This document shows positions 28,314 to 37,735 of a stretch of 64,000 nt of DNA, piece by piece. The DNA comes from an uncultured virus (IMG/VR IMGVR_UViG_3300020048_000099) (lineage: Duplodnaviria > Heunggongvirae > Uroviricota > Caudoviricetes): the IMG/VR virus record IMGVR_UViG_3300020048_000099. One strand, given 5' to 3'. Within the stretch, counting starts at the first letter, position 1, and every line of letters starts with the position of its first letter. Both the position numbers and the translations under genes were made by a program. The notes beneath the pieces were generated by a model. It did no database searches, was not told the origin of the DNA, and saw only the letters and a list, made by a program, of their open reading frames with translations.

Positions 28314-28797
28314 GATACAGTTCCCTCGTCAAAGTGTAAATATTGTTAACAATATGTTTCGTTAACATTAAGTTCCTTTGTAAAATAAACGGTTTATCTA
28401 GAATAAGATCTTTACTCTCATAAACTCGTAGAAATATAATAGAAGCATTAATAAACTCTTTATTAGAGTTCAATACATCTATGTGTATGTGTTTTCTATC
28501 CAAATAAAAATCTCTGATATAAATTTGCTCCATGGTTGTTGGTACAAAGTGGACACTTAGTAGTACATCGTTATTGATATGATCTGTAATTTTTTGTAAC
28601 ATAATCGTGTAGTCAACTATATTAGACACACAAGTAGTTATTTTAAAAATAGACATATCTGATGTAAACACGCTTTTTAAGTTTTCTATATCAACTTTCA
28701 TTAAAATGTTTATAGTGTTTTCAAACAAATTATTACTAGTTGCTTTAGACTTACTTAACTTTTTTAAAATACTATCAATTAAAGTATATATCATCAA
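28291..28797 (-). CDS. Hypothetical protein (start uncertain)
   Basis: 168-aa ORF; the annotated first codons coincide with promoter-like motif copy C. Confidence 0.55.
   Translation of the reverse strand: MMIYTLIDSILKKLSKSKATSNNLFENTINILMKVDIENLKSVFTSDMSIFKITTCVSNIVDYTIMLQKITDHINNDVLLSVHFVPTTMEQIYIRDFYLDRKHIHIDVLNSNKEFINASIIFLRVYESKDLILDKPFILQRNLMLTKHIVNNIYTLTRELYHEHQREY
28773..28791 (-). promoter_or_regulatory. Putative phage promoter motif, copy C
   Basis: 19-nt exact match (ATATATACTTTAATTGATA) to 245-263, at the head of a leftward operon. Confidence 0.5.
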
Positions 28798-28828
28798 AAT
28801 ATACTACACGGATAAAAGGAAATAAAAA

Positions 28829-29218
28829 ATGTCTGAACATGAATCAATGGATCTACTAGATAGGTCTAGAATAGAATTAACATTACAAACTAGAGAAAGA
28901 ATAATTAAAGAACTTATATCTGGAGGTATACCTAAAGATAGTTCAGATAGAATGATGTTAATGCAAAGTCTAGATGGTTTAGATAGAACTATATTTAGTA
29001 AAGCAAAGATTAAACTAGAAACATCTGCACTTAAAAATCAAGAAGAAAGTGCTAAACTTATAGCCAATGTTTTAAATAGATTAGAAAATAAAACATATAT
29101 ACCTAGAACAGACACTCCATTACTAAACAATGATTTTGTAATTACAGATTTAGTAGAAGATGAAACGTTAATAGGTATACAGACTTTAAAGTTTTCAGAT
29201 ATAATACCAGATGAATAA
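28829..29218 (+). CDS. Conserved hypothetical protein (phiKZ gp147 region)
   Basis: 129 aa, AAGGA RBS, synteny near gp149. Confidence 0.6.
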   Translation: MSEHESMDLLDRSRIELTLQTRERIIKELISGGIPKDSSDRMMLMQSLDGLDRTIFSKAKIKLETSALKNQEESAKLIANVLNRLENKTYIPRTDTPLLNNDFVITDLVEDETLIGIQTLKFSDIIPDE

Positions 29219-29223
29219 ATCCA

Positions 29224-29922
29224 TTACTCTTTAACTGTTCTATAAGCAGCTGAGAAATTATCTATAGAAAGTAATTTAAGTCCTATTAATGGAGAGGCCA
29301 ATAACTCTATAGCTTCAAACGGATTCTCATCTGATTGTAAGATCTCTTTTGTAATTTTTTTAAAATAAATAGCTGGCCCCATCATAGAAACTTCTGGACA
29401 TGTAATCTTATTAAACATTCCATTAGAGCTATGTACTTCTAACCATTTATAATATTCATATAATATTAAAAGAGATATATTTCTTTTAACATATGCTGGA
29501 GTAATTTCTTCATAAGGTAAATTAGTTATTTCAATATCACATAAATCATTCGTAACAGCCCTTAAAGCTGTTACGATAGTAGAAACTTCATCATCATTTA
29601 GTTTATATGGATGCACATTTAAAATAACTTTTGGTGCGTAGTGAAATGGAGTATTAAGTACTTGATTTAATGTCTTTTCAGAAAACTCTCTTAATAATCT
29701 TCCAATAGGAGTTATTATAGCATTTTTAAGAATATATTTATCTCTATTTTTGTAGAGTTCTTTAAATTCATCATCATTTACTCCAGGAAATACATCCATT
29801 GGTCTATGTTGATAATCAGCTTTTAATATTTTAATTAAATCTTCGTCATTTAAATTAGCTAATATAGCTAAGCGCGTATCTAATAAAGCATCTAGCTCTA
29901 CAAAAATAGTTGAGTATTCCAT
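29224..29922 (-). CDS. Conserved hypothetical protein with a HAD-like N-terminal motif
   Basis: IFVELDALLDTRL and LNVHPYKL motifs; downstream of the gp149-like gene. Confidence 0.6.
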   Translation of the reverse strand: MEYSTIFVELDALLDTRLAILANLNDEDLIKILKADYQHRPMDVFPGVNDDEFKELYKNRDKYILKNAIITPIGRLLREFSEKTLNQVLNTPFHYAPKVILNVHPYKLNDDEVSTIVTALRAVTNDLCDIEITNLPYEEITPAYVKRNISLLILYEYYKWLEVHSSNGMFNKITCPEVSMMGPAIYFKKITKEILQSDENPFEAIELLASPLIGLKLLSIDNFSAAYRTVKE

Positions 29923-29924
29923 AG

Positions 29925-30590
29925 TTATAAAGTATTTCTTAAATGCATAGCTGTTAAAAATGTTTTTAAAGTTTTAGTAGATTCAACACCAGATGAATAT
30001 TGTTTAAGTGTTGATAAATTAGCATTACCGTATTTATTGATCATCCCATTAAGGGCTGCTATGCCTTTATTATCACCACCTCTATATTTCATAAGTTCAA
30101 TCATAGTGGCGTCAAGTCCCATAGCAGCGCATACTTGTAATTCTGGGTAAGTAATCTTTGCTCCTTTAGAATCACCAGTTGGTTGACCGGTTAAAGAATC
30201 TATAACTCTGTTGTCGTTAGGAACACGTATCTTCTTTATCAATAATTGAGATGCGCGTCTTAATGGTAAATCAACAACTATATATTTAATAGGTGTTAAA
30301 TAAGTAGGTGACCCATTATTAGCTTCTATCCACAATCTTTCAAAAAAGTCATGTCCTAATTCTTCAGCTATAGCTAAATTGTTTTCTACACTTAACTTAC
30401 TTTTACCAAAGTTAGGCGATATGATAGTGAGAAACTTTCTTTCACTTTCTAAATCATCTATATATTTGGAAAAATCATCATCAGTCATATTAGAAAATAA
30501 ATTTTTATAGATAGAAACATTCTCTTCACTATTAGTTATTTTCTTTATATACTTCAAAATATAAGCTATTGTTTTTTCTCTATTACTCAT
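29925..30590 (-). CDS. Virion RNA polymerase beta subunit, C-terminal part, phiKZ gp149-like
   Basis: D.LTGQPTGDSKGAKITYPE.Q...AMG...ELMKYRGGD corresponds to the C-terminal region of beta. Confidence 0.85.
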   Translation of the reverse strand: MSNREKTIAYILKYIKKITNSEENVSIYKNLFSNMTDDDFSKYIDDLESERKFLTIISPNFGKSKLSVENNLAIAEELGHDFFERLWIEANNGSPTYLTPIKYIVVDLPLRRASQLLIKKIRVPNDNRVIDSLTGQPTGDSKGAKITYPELQVCAAMGLDATMIELMKYRGGDNKGIAALNGMINKYGNANLSTLKQYSSGVESTKTLKTFLTAMHLRNTL

Positions 30591-30592
30591 AA

Positions 30593-30955
30593 TTAGACAT
30601 TTATAGGTAAATTATTTTCTAAAATATAAGGTAAAACCATTGTCCTAAATAATCTTAACCAATCGACTACATCTCCATTTGGTATAAGACAATATCTTAC
30701 CTCAATTGACGGGGTATTAGAACATAGCAATTGTTGATTCCAGTATCTATTAAGTAAGAATCTCTGTATAGAAGAAGATTTATTATTGGCTTCTAAAATA
30801 AATCTATTGTTATCGTAAAATTCTATTTTACTATGTAGACCAACACTTAATAAAGAATTTCTAACTTCTTTTATTAAGTCTATATCGCCATCAGGTTTTT
30901 GAATAAAATAATTGCTAACTTCATTAGCGAATGATTGCTCAAATGTATCGTTCAT
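30593..30955 (-). CDS. Hypothetical protein
   Basis: 120 aa, GAGGT RBS. Confidence 0.65.
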   Translation of the reverse strand: MNDTFEQSFANEVSNYFIQKPDGDIDLIKEVRNSLLSVGLHSKIEFYDNNRFILEANNKSSSIQRFLLNRYWNQQLLCSNTPSIEVRYCLIPNGDVVDWLRLFRTMVLPYILENNLPINV

Positions 30956-30996
30956 TTAAATACCTCTATTTTTTGTTAGTTAGTCTTACGACTATG

Positions 30997-32433
30997 TTAA
31001 TTTAAATATTCTTTTTTAATAGTCTTATCAGGATTCATCCAATATGGAATATAACCTTTTCTCATCATTAGTAAGTCCATAGTGCTTAAAAATAACAATT
31101 CATTTTTTTCATCTTCAAGACACCACCAACCTCTAGTTTTTTCCAATATCATATCCCAATCATAACCTAGTGCTTTTAAGTCATCATATAATACTTTAGG
31201 AGTACATAAGTCAGAACTAAGATGTCTATAAAACTGATGCATTTGACATAGTTCAGATGTTATATTCATAGCTCTACATAACTTAAGATTACTATCTATT
31301 TTTTGTCTAATAGTAGTTCTACTTAGTTTAATATCGGGCATTATATCTAAACTATAACTTTGTAAAGTTCCACTTAATCCAAATCTATCTGATGATTTTA
31401 TATAGTGAAATTCTGTTAATGTTGGTAAAACGCCTTCATATTGCGAAACAACTATTTCTAGAGTAAAACCAGATGGTCCAGATTTACCTCTTAATTGAGT
31501 TAATGTAACTATATTAAGATCTGTATCTTTACTAGAAATTTCTTCAGGAACTCTAGGATATTCAGGACCCTTTGTACCTTGATTAATTAATGGAGTAGCA
31601 TTAACAGCATGCCAACAATTATTCATAAGAAAAAAGAACCTATCTGTAACACCTTTAATTTTATCTCCTGTTTTCATGTGTTGTAAGTTTTTTGGTGGTG
31701 GTACAGAATATGGACCAGTGGCTACTTGGATATCTTTTCCAAGATGTGCTGTTAATAACAAGAAATGATTATTACCTCCAAATAATGTAGGTACTTCCAT
31801 TAAAAATCTTGTTTTAGCTAAACCTTGTCTCATATGAATAGTGTTTGCACCTGAGTCACCCAATTCATTATCGTCTTGCATCTTAGCCACATCTTCAGTT
31901 TCAAATTCACTGAATGAATCTATTTCACTAAATGTCGGTACAACTATTTTTAATTTTTCTTTTCCATCTCTACTTAAAAATGGAGTAGTATATTCATATT
32001 TTTTACTATTATCTCTTTTTTCTTTAAGGTACTTTTTAATAAGTTCATACCAATTATTAGCGTAGTACATTGTTTTATCTGTTACGTTCCATGTACCATT
32101 GTCTAATATATTATCATTATTTAAATATTGAAATGGTTTTATAAAACGTTTTAAAGCGTGTTCATGGATATTAATTTCAGTATCATATGTACTCATACTA
32201 GTCTTAACTGTTGAGCTAAGTTTATTAGCTGCAGATAACATCATATAGTGCATAATGGTAGACTTATACCTGTTGCCTCTACCTACTACAGCAGTAATAG
32301 ATCCTAGTCCACCTAATAATATATGTTCTCCATGAGAACCTTTAATATAGAAGCCAGTGGGTATGTCCATGAGTGCACCTATGTTAATTAAACACTTAAC
32401 GTTGGCTGGCTGATCAAAAGTCTGGCTTAACAT
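30997..32433 (-). CDS. uvsX: UvsX/RecA-like recombinase, phiKZ gp152-like
   Basis: Walker A GRGNRYKST, YDTE, Walker B EIDSFS, RGKSGPSG. Confidence 0.82.
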   Translation of the reverse strand: MLSQTFDQPANVKCLINIGALMDIPTGFYIKGSHGEHILLGGLGSITAVVGRGNRYKSTIMHYMMLSAANKLSSTVKTSMSTYDTEINIHEHALKRFIKPFQYLNNDNILDNGTWNVTDKTMYYANNWYELIKKYLKEKRDNSKKYEYTTPFLSRDGKEKLKIVVPTFSEIDSFSEFETEDVAKMQDDNELGDSGANTIHMRQGLAKTRFLMEVPTLFGGNNHFLLLTAHLGKDIQVATGPYSVPPPKNLQHMKTGDKIKGVTDRFFFLMNNCWHAVNATPLINQGTKGPEYPRVPEEISSKDTDLNIVTLTQLRGKSGPSGFTLEIVVSQYEGVLPTLTEFHYIKSSDRFGLSGTLQSYSLDIMPDIKLSRTTIRQKIDSNLKLCRAMNITSELCQMHQFYRHLSSDLCTPKVLYDDLKALGYDWDMILEKTRGWWCLEDEKNELLFLSTMDLLMMRKGYIPYWMNPDKTIKKEYLN

Positions 32434-32520
32434 AATGAATCCTTTAAATAGTTGATTACGGGTATCATAGTATGGGTCTTAATATTTTTTTTATACTTGC
32501 GTCTCTAATGGAGTAATTAA

Positions 32521-33375
32521 ATGAGTTCTAATAAACTAGAATTTAATGATATGTCTAACGTACTTAGTTTAGAATCACAGCTAGAAAAACTAGCTTTAGA
32601 AGCTACTGTACTTACAAATGTAGTTGATACTTTTAAAACTTTAATTCCAAATACCTATAATAAAATAAAAGAAACTATGAATTCTTTAACTTCATTTTCT
32701 TTTGATGAGGAACAAATATCGGATATAAAAAAAGAATATTTATTAGCTAAGGTAAAAATTAATACGATGAATTACACAGCTTATAATAAAACTTTAATTA
32801 TGGTTCCAGAAGGATTTAAAGGGGAATTAATAGAGTATATTCAATTGTTAAACAATATGACTGGTCCAGTTTATAACGACCTTAGTTCACTCTTGGTTGA
32901 CTATAACTTTATTCTATCTTCATTTATAAATAATAAAGATGATAAAATGTCATTAAGAGATCATACTGTATTTTTTAATAGAATTAAAAAAAGTCGTGAA
33001 GATAAAACTAAACAACTAGATTTATATTTTAACAATAATTCATCTGTAAGTAGAGTTTATTTAGGTAGTGTGATAGGCAGAATGAGCGACATCGACACTG
33101 TAATTACATTAACAGATAAAATCAAAGTAGAACATAAAAAATGTAATCTAGTTAGTTTACTAGAAAGTCTTAAAGGAACAATAGGATTATTAGATATTTT
33201 AGTAAATGATTCTAAATATTTAAAAAATATAAGTGGTAATGCAGCATTAAATTTATCTATAGGAGCTTATGAAGTAGGTAAATTTATAGAGTTTATTGTT
33301 TCTTTCAGATATAAAGTAGAACAAATTATAACTACTGTATTAGAATTTTTATTTACAGTAAAGAAAATAGCGTGA
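32521..33375 (+). CDS. Virion head protein with cleavable propeptide, phiKZ gp153-like
   Basis: N-terminal SLE and ALE protease-type sites; VPEGFKG motif; synteny. Confidence 0.65.
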   Translation: MSSNKLEFNDMSNVLSLESQLEKLALEATVLTNVVDTFKTLIPNTYNKIKETMNSLTSFSFDEEQISDIKKEYLLAKVKINTMNYTAYNKTLIMVPEGFKGELIEYIQLLNNMTGPVYNDLSSLLVDYNFILSSFINNKDDKMSLRDHTVFFNRIKKSREDKTKQLDLYFNNNSSVSRVYLGSVIGRMSDIDTVITLTDKIKVEHKKCNLVSLLESLKGTIGLLDILVNDSKYLKNISGNAALNLSIGAYEVGKFIEFIVSFRYKVEQIITTVLEFLFTVKKIA

Positions 33376-33376
33376 C

Positions 33377-33410
33377 TAACATACGGAGACTGTACAGTCT
33401 CCGTATGTTA
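33377..33410. terminator. Bidirectional terminator (34-bp perfect palindrome)
   Basis: taacatacggagactgtacagtctccgtatgtta between convergent stops. Confidence 0.8.
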
Positions 33411-33414
33411 ACTA

Positions 33415-33918
33415 TCATTTATTAATAACTATTTGCTTAATTAAAACTGTCACATCTTCAGATATGGTTTTACTGTCAGCATATTTAATCCATTTAGGAG
33501 CGACATTTGCAAAATAATCCCCAATACCAGCATAGTCATCTGAAGATAACTCTAATTTAGTTATTTCATCAAAAGAAATAAACCTATTATTAATCATCAA
33601 CCTAGAGCTACTAGTATCCCATATAAATGAATTTATTTTCATTGGAAAAATAAAAGCATTAGGATCATGGGCTAAATTAAGTACATCATTAAGTTTCTTT
33701 ATTAATTCCATATCTGGATCTTTTGATTTTTTAACAATAGCTAATATAGATGATACTAGTATAAGTTTTTTTATTTTCTTCGGTAAAATATTTTTTAAAA
33801 TTTTACTAAAGAACCCTTCTTTAGCACTCCTTATTTCGGTGTTCATTTTTTGCCTATATTGATTAAAAAAAAAGTTTATCAGCATAAAAGTTAGACCATA
33901 TACCGATACCCGTTTCAC
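33415..33918 (-). CDS. Hypothetical protein (true start possibly 33846)
   Basis: ORF track; the longer start overlaps RNase H by 56 nt. Confidence 0.55.
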   Translation of the reverse strand: MKRVSVYGLTFMLINFFFNQYRQKMNTEIRSAKEGFFSKILKNILPKKIKKLILVSSILAIVKKSKDPDMELIKKLNDVLNLAHDPNAFIFPMKINSFIWDTSSSRLMINNRFISFDEITKLELSSDDYAGIGDYFANVAPKWIKYADSKTISEDVTVLIKQIVINK

Positions 33919-35350
33919 ACTCGATTACTGTGGCATATCTTAGAGATCTTTCAGATTCTCTCCAAGTCAGTAAAAATACTTTAGGTGACAAAGTTTCAAG
34001 TTTTTTTAAGTTATTCCTAGGTAGTAAATCTATACCTAAGATTAACGGTACATTTAAGCTAATGTTTTTTTCATTGCAGATCTCCGTAATAGGAATAAGC
34101 AGGTTTTTAAAATTAGTAGTGTATTCAGGTTTTAAAGTACATATTTTAGTAACTACACCTTTAGTTATTTTATCGTCTATTTGATAAAACACGTCAGTAA
34201 TATCGTGAGTATTTAATGAAATACTAGATTTATAATTTAATGGATCTTCTTTATATTGTAAATACATGGCTAATAGATCTTCTAATAAATTAAATGATTC
34301 TATTGCCCTCAACGATAAACCAGTTGGATTTATTTCTATAGTTACAGATTCATTATTAATAAAACTAAGATTTAGATTCTTTTTATTACTTAGCAAACAA
34401 TATTTTCCATAATTTAACAAGTAAGGATATATTTGTTTACTATAAACTGAATCTAACTTTATCATTATAATAGCGTTAAGATCTTTCGCAATCTCAGATT
34501 GCTTATCTTTTATAAGCTCAATAATTTCATCTGGATTTTTTAACTTAACTACAGCAAACCCTGTCTCAGGTATTCTTTTACCAATAATAAAATCACCGCC
34601 ACCTGGATCTGCTAAAAAATATTGACCCATGATATTGTTATTAGATTCACTATTGAAGTATATTCTTTTGAAGTTAATGAAAGGATGTTTTTCAACTGTA
34701 TGTTTCCAATAGTTCTTAACATCACTAAACTTAAATTCTTCTTTACGTACTCCAGTAATAGAATAATTTGTACCTATAACTGAAAGAATGTCTGCATGTG
34801 TATTACCAAATATATTGTTATGAGCTTTTACCCATACAATATCAAATTTTATTTCCCGTTCTTTAAAACCAGTAATTAACTGGTAGATTTTTTTCCACAG
34901 TTCGATATTAGCTAAAGGTTGACCATCGGTTCTAACCCAACCATTTTTAACCCAAGTTTCAAATAATTGAGTAGTACCATTGCGTAGATAATTACTATCT
35001 GTTAGGACATATATTTCATATAAATTATATTTAGACAAATGTTCTAATGTGTGACAGAAAGCTTGGGCTTCAGCTTGATTATTAGTACCTTGAATATCAC
35101 TAGAACCAAAAAAATCAAAGTATTTATCTGGAGTAACACATACAACATCTGTACTCGATATATCAGTTAAATAACCTTTATTGGTTAAATAATAGCCATC
35201 TACATTAATGGGTTTTTTAGCCACCATGGTATCGTATATATAACCATGAGCACCCCAGCCTATATATCCAGGAGATGGACGTGAACTACCATCTGTGTAA
35301 ATTACAGCACCGTATTTTTCTCGTGGATCTTTAAATAAATCAGTCATCAT
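33863..35350 (-). CDS. rnhA: Ribonuclease HI with C-terminal extension, phiKZ gp155-like
   Basis: YTDGS, TNNQAE, TDS, WVKAH and GN..AD motifs. Confidence 0.88.
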   Translation of the reverse strand: MMTDLFKDPREKYGAVIYTDGSSRPSPGYIGWGAHGYIYDTMVAKKPINVDGYYLTNKGYLTDISSTDVVCVTPDKYFDFFGSSDIQGTNNQAEAQAFCHTLEHLSKYNLYEIYVLTDSNYLRNGTTQLFETWVKNGWVRTDGQPLANIELWKKIYQLITGFKEREIKFDIVWVKAHNNIFGNTHADILSVIGTNYSITGVRKEEFKFSDVKNYWKHTVEKHPFINFKRIYFNSESNNNIMGQYFLADPGGGDFIIGKRIPETGFAVVKLKNPDEIIELIKDKQSEIAKDLNAIIMIKLDSVYSKQIYPYLLNYGKYCLLSNKKNLNLSFINNESVTIEINPTGLSLRAIESFNLLEDLLAMYLQYKEDPLNYKSSISLNTHDITDVFYQIDDKITKGVVTKICTLKPEYTTNFKNLLIPITEICNEKNISLNVPLILGIDLLPRNNLKKLETLSPKVFLLTWRESERSLRYATVIECETGIGIWSNFYADKLFF

Positions 35351-35401
35351 CTTTACCTTAAATAGTTAAAAGATATTTTTTCACTATCTGATGGCGGTAG
35401 T

Positions 35402-35638
35402 CTATTTTTTTATAACAGGTTGTTTGTTAACACAGCATTTATTACACTCTATGTTTTTTAAAGATAAGTTATACAATCTGTACATAAAAAATATATTCAT
35501 TATAAAAGACAACGTAATTAATAAAAATACTATAAACTTTCTAGCATTAAATTTGTGACTTATAAAATCAGACTCTTCAGCTGTGTCAAATATAAGTTCT
35601 TTTAAAAAATAAACAAGCATTGATAAAATTTTAATCAT
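35402..35638 (-). CDS. Small membrane protein
   Basis: 78 aa with a hydrophobic helix FIVFLLITLSFIMNIFFM. Confidence 0.6.
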   Translation of the reverse strand: MIKILSMLVYFLKELIFDTAEESDFISHKFNARKFIVFLLITLSFIMNIFFMYRLYNLSLKNIECNKCCVNKQPVIKK

Positions 35639-35678
35639 ATCTTTTCTTCTTTTAACATATAACGTAATGGAAAATTAA

Positions 35679-37043
35679 ATGAGAATAATCAAAGGTTTTG
35701 TAACTATAACAGATTATATTGATAATAGACTTAATACAATTTCTAATATAGGAGAATTATCTACTTTAGCTACAACATATAGTAATAATAAAGGAGAATA
35801 TAGTCATGCACTTAATCCAGAATATTGTTTAGTTACATTTAAAACAATAGATAATACAGGTTATATATCACTATCAACTAATATAGTTGCAGATATAATT
35901 ACAGTAATTAGCGTATTAAATAATTATTCTAAAAATAACCCAAACTCATCAAAAATTAAGTCCAATGTAATAAATACTATTAATGATATTACATCTATAG
36001 TTACAAACGATTTAAAAATAGGTAACTTAATATCTGTTAGTTCGACAAATATTAATAGTGCTCATATGCCAGAATGGATATCTTGGAATACTGGAATATC
36101 AAATACTGATTATAGTATAAGAATATGGTTATCAGATAAGGCTTTTACTAGTCAATATGATGATTATGAAATAGTTATAGTTCCACCTGTTGACACAATA
36201 AGCGATTTATTAAGTACATATGGATCAGCAGTAACTTCAATAAATAGTAGGTCTATAAGTGAATTTAGTGATAAAATACAAATAGCTAAAAATCAAAATC
36301 CAGAAACATTTTTAAGATTACTTGATTTTGATTTCTATAAAATTATCACTCCATCAGTTAACGCTAGTACTATACCTGATAAAATTAAAACTAATTGGGC
36401 TGCTATAATATACGGCAGAGCTGGAGATACTATAGATCTAATAAAGGATGCCATAATTGTATATATTCAAAAAAATCTAGGAAATAATTTTAATCCAGTA
36501 GATTGGATGATGCGTTTACCGGAACTGTTCAAAAGAACAGAATTTGTACTATTTCCTAGATGGGATAAACCTGCTGTATTAGATCAAAATGATGAAATTA
36601 GTTTATATTCTAGTTTATTAAATCCAAATGAATGTTTTAATTTTGTCAAAAGTATAATTCTTCATAATTCAGGTTATACAGAGGCTTGGATTACTGGTAA
36701 TACCTATATTTTTCCATACGATTATAAAGCTATAACTATAGTTGCTGTAAATGGATATAACAATATGCCTGAAAAAAGTAATTTAAAAACAGTTTATAGC
36801 GACTACATTCCATTCCCATCGACTGACATTGAATTTAATAGAATGAGTTTAGCAACTAGAGAATTAATTATTTTATTAGGTGAAATGTTAGTAACAGCTG
36901 AAGTAGCAACTCAATATACAAATATACCTCCTAATTTAAGAAGAATAATTAGGAACGATAACTTGTATATTACAGCTACATTAGATGGTGCAAATTTTGT
37001 TATGGCTGCTAAATCAAATAGTTTCTATTCTAATGGTGCATGA
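35679..37043 (+). CDS. Virion structural protein, phiKZ gp157-like
   Basis: IKGF...IGELS, RIWLSD.AF..QYDDYEI and PELFKRTEF..FPRWD motifs; synteny. Confidence 0.65.
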   Translation: MRIIKGFVTITDYIDNRLNTISNIGELSTLATTYSNNKGEYSHALNPEYCLVTFKTIDNTGYISLSTNIVADIITVISVLNNYSKNNPNSSKIKSNVINTINDITSIVTNDLKIGNLISVSSTNINSAHMPEWISWNTGISNTDYSIRIWLSDKAFTSQYDDYEIVIVPPVDTISDLLSTYGSAVTSINSRSISEFSDKIQIAKNQNPETFLRLLDFDFYKIITPSVNASTIPDKIKTNWAAIIYGRAGDTIDLIKDAIIVYIQKNLGNNFNPVDWMMRLPELFKRTEFVLFPRWDKPAVLDQNDEISLYSSLLNPNECFNFVKSIILHNSGYTEAWITGNTYIFPYDYKAITIVAVNGYNNMPEKSNLKTVYSDYIPFPSTDIEFNRMSLATRELIILLGEMLVTAEVATQYTNIPPNLRRIIRNDNLYITATLDGANFVMAAKSNSFYSNGA

Positions 37044-37693
37044 TGACTACAGATATTATAAATGATTACACACCTTTAATAATACCTACGATTGGAGTAA
37101 GTGGGTATTATAAATTAAAGGAACCTTTTAATACCGCTATTATTGAAAACGAACGTTATACATGTAAAGCTATACGTAAAATAAGTGATTATTTTGCTAA
37201 CAATGAAGATCCAAAAGTATTAGTTTATGATATCTATGGATTACCTGAAGCAGAATATTTAGACGACGTTGCAAAAGATAGTTATATTATAGCTTTGCAG
37301 AGCGCTACAGGTCACTGGCTGTACGTTCCAGTTAAATACATGTCATCGTATCCAATAACTAATGGAGTCCCGTATAGATCGGTTATATTAAGTTTAGCAC
37401 TGCCGTCTATTCCACTTGACACAGATCTAGATGCTGTTTTATCTGCTATGCAAACTATAGTTAAAGATGAGTTAGGCGTTGATACAGTTCCAAAAATAGT
37501 AGAAACATCTAGAGTTGTTTTAGTGCCAAGTGATAAACATAAGTTAACTTCAGCTAACAGAAAGGCTAAAACTGATAAAGGTAAAAAATATAAAAAATTA
37601 CAAGTAGCGCATAATGAAGCTTTATCCAAAATAACCGCATTAGAAAATTATATATTAAGCAAAGCAACAGTTTTAAACATAAGGCCTAACTGA
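37040..37693 (+). CDS. Conserved hypothetical/virion protein
   Basis: 217 aa, ATGA coupling, C-terminal coiled coil. Confidence 0.65.
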   Translation: MMTTDIINDYTPLIIPTIGVSGYYKLKEPFNTAIIENERYTCKAIRKISDYFANNEDPKVLVYDIYGLPEAEYLDDVAKDSYIIALQSATGHWLYVPVKYMSSYPITNGVPYRSVILSLALPSIPLDTDLDAVLSAMQTIVKDELGVDTVPKIVETSRVVLVPSDKHKLTSANRKAKTDKGKKYKKLQVAHNEALSKITALENYILSKATVLNIRPN

Positions 37694-37694
37694 C

Positions 37695-37732
37695 ACATAT
37701 ACAGCATACTTAGCTAAGTATGCTGTATATGT
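37695..37732. terminator. Bidirectional terminator (38-bp perfect palindrome)
   Basis: acatatacagcatacttagctaagtatgctgtatatgt between convergent genes. Confidence 0.8.
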
Positions 37733-37735
37733 TTA

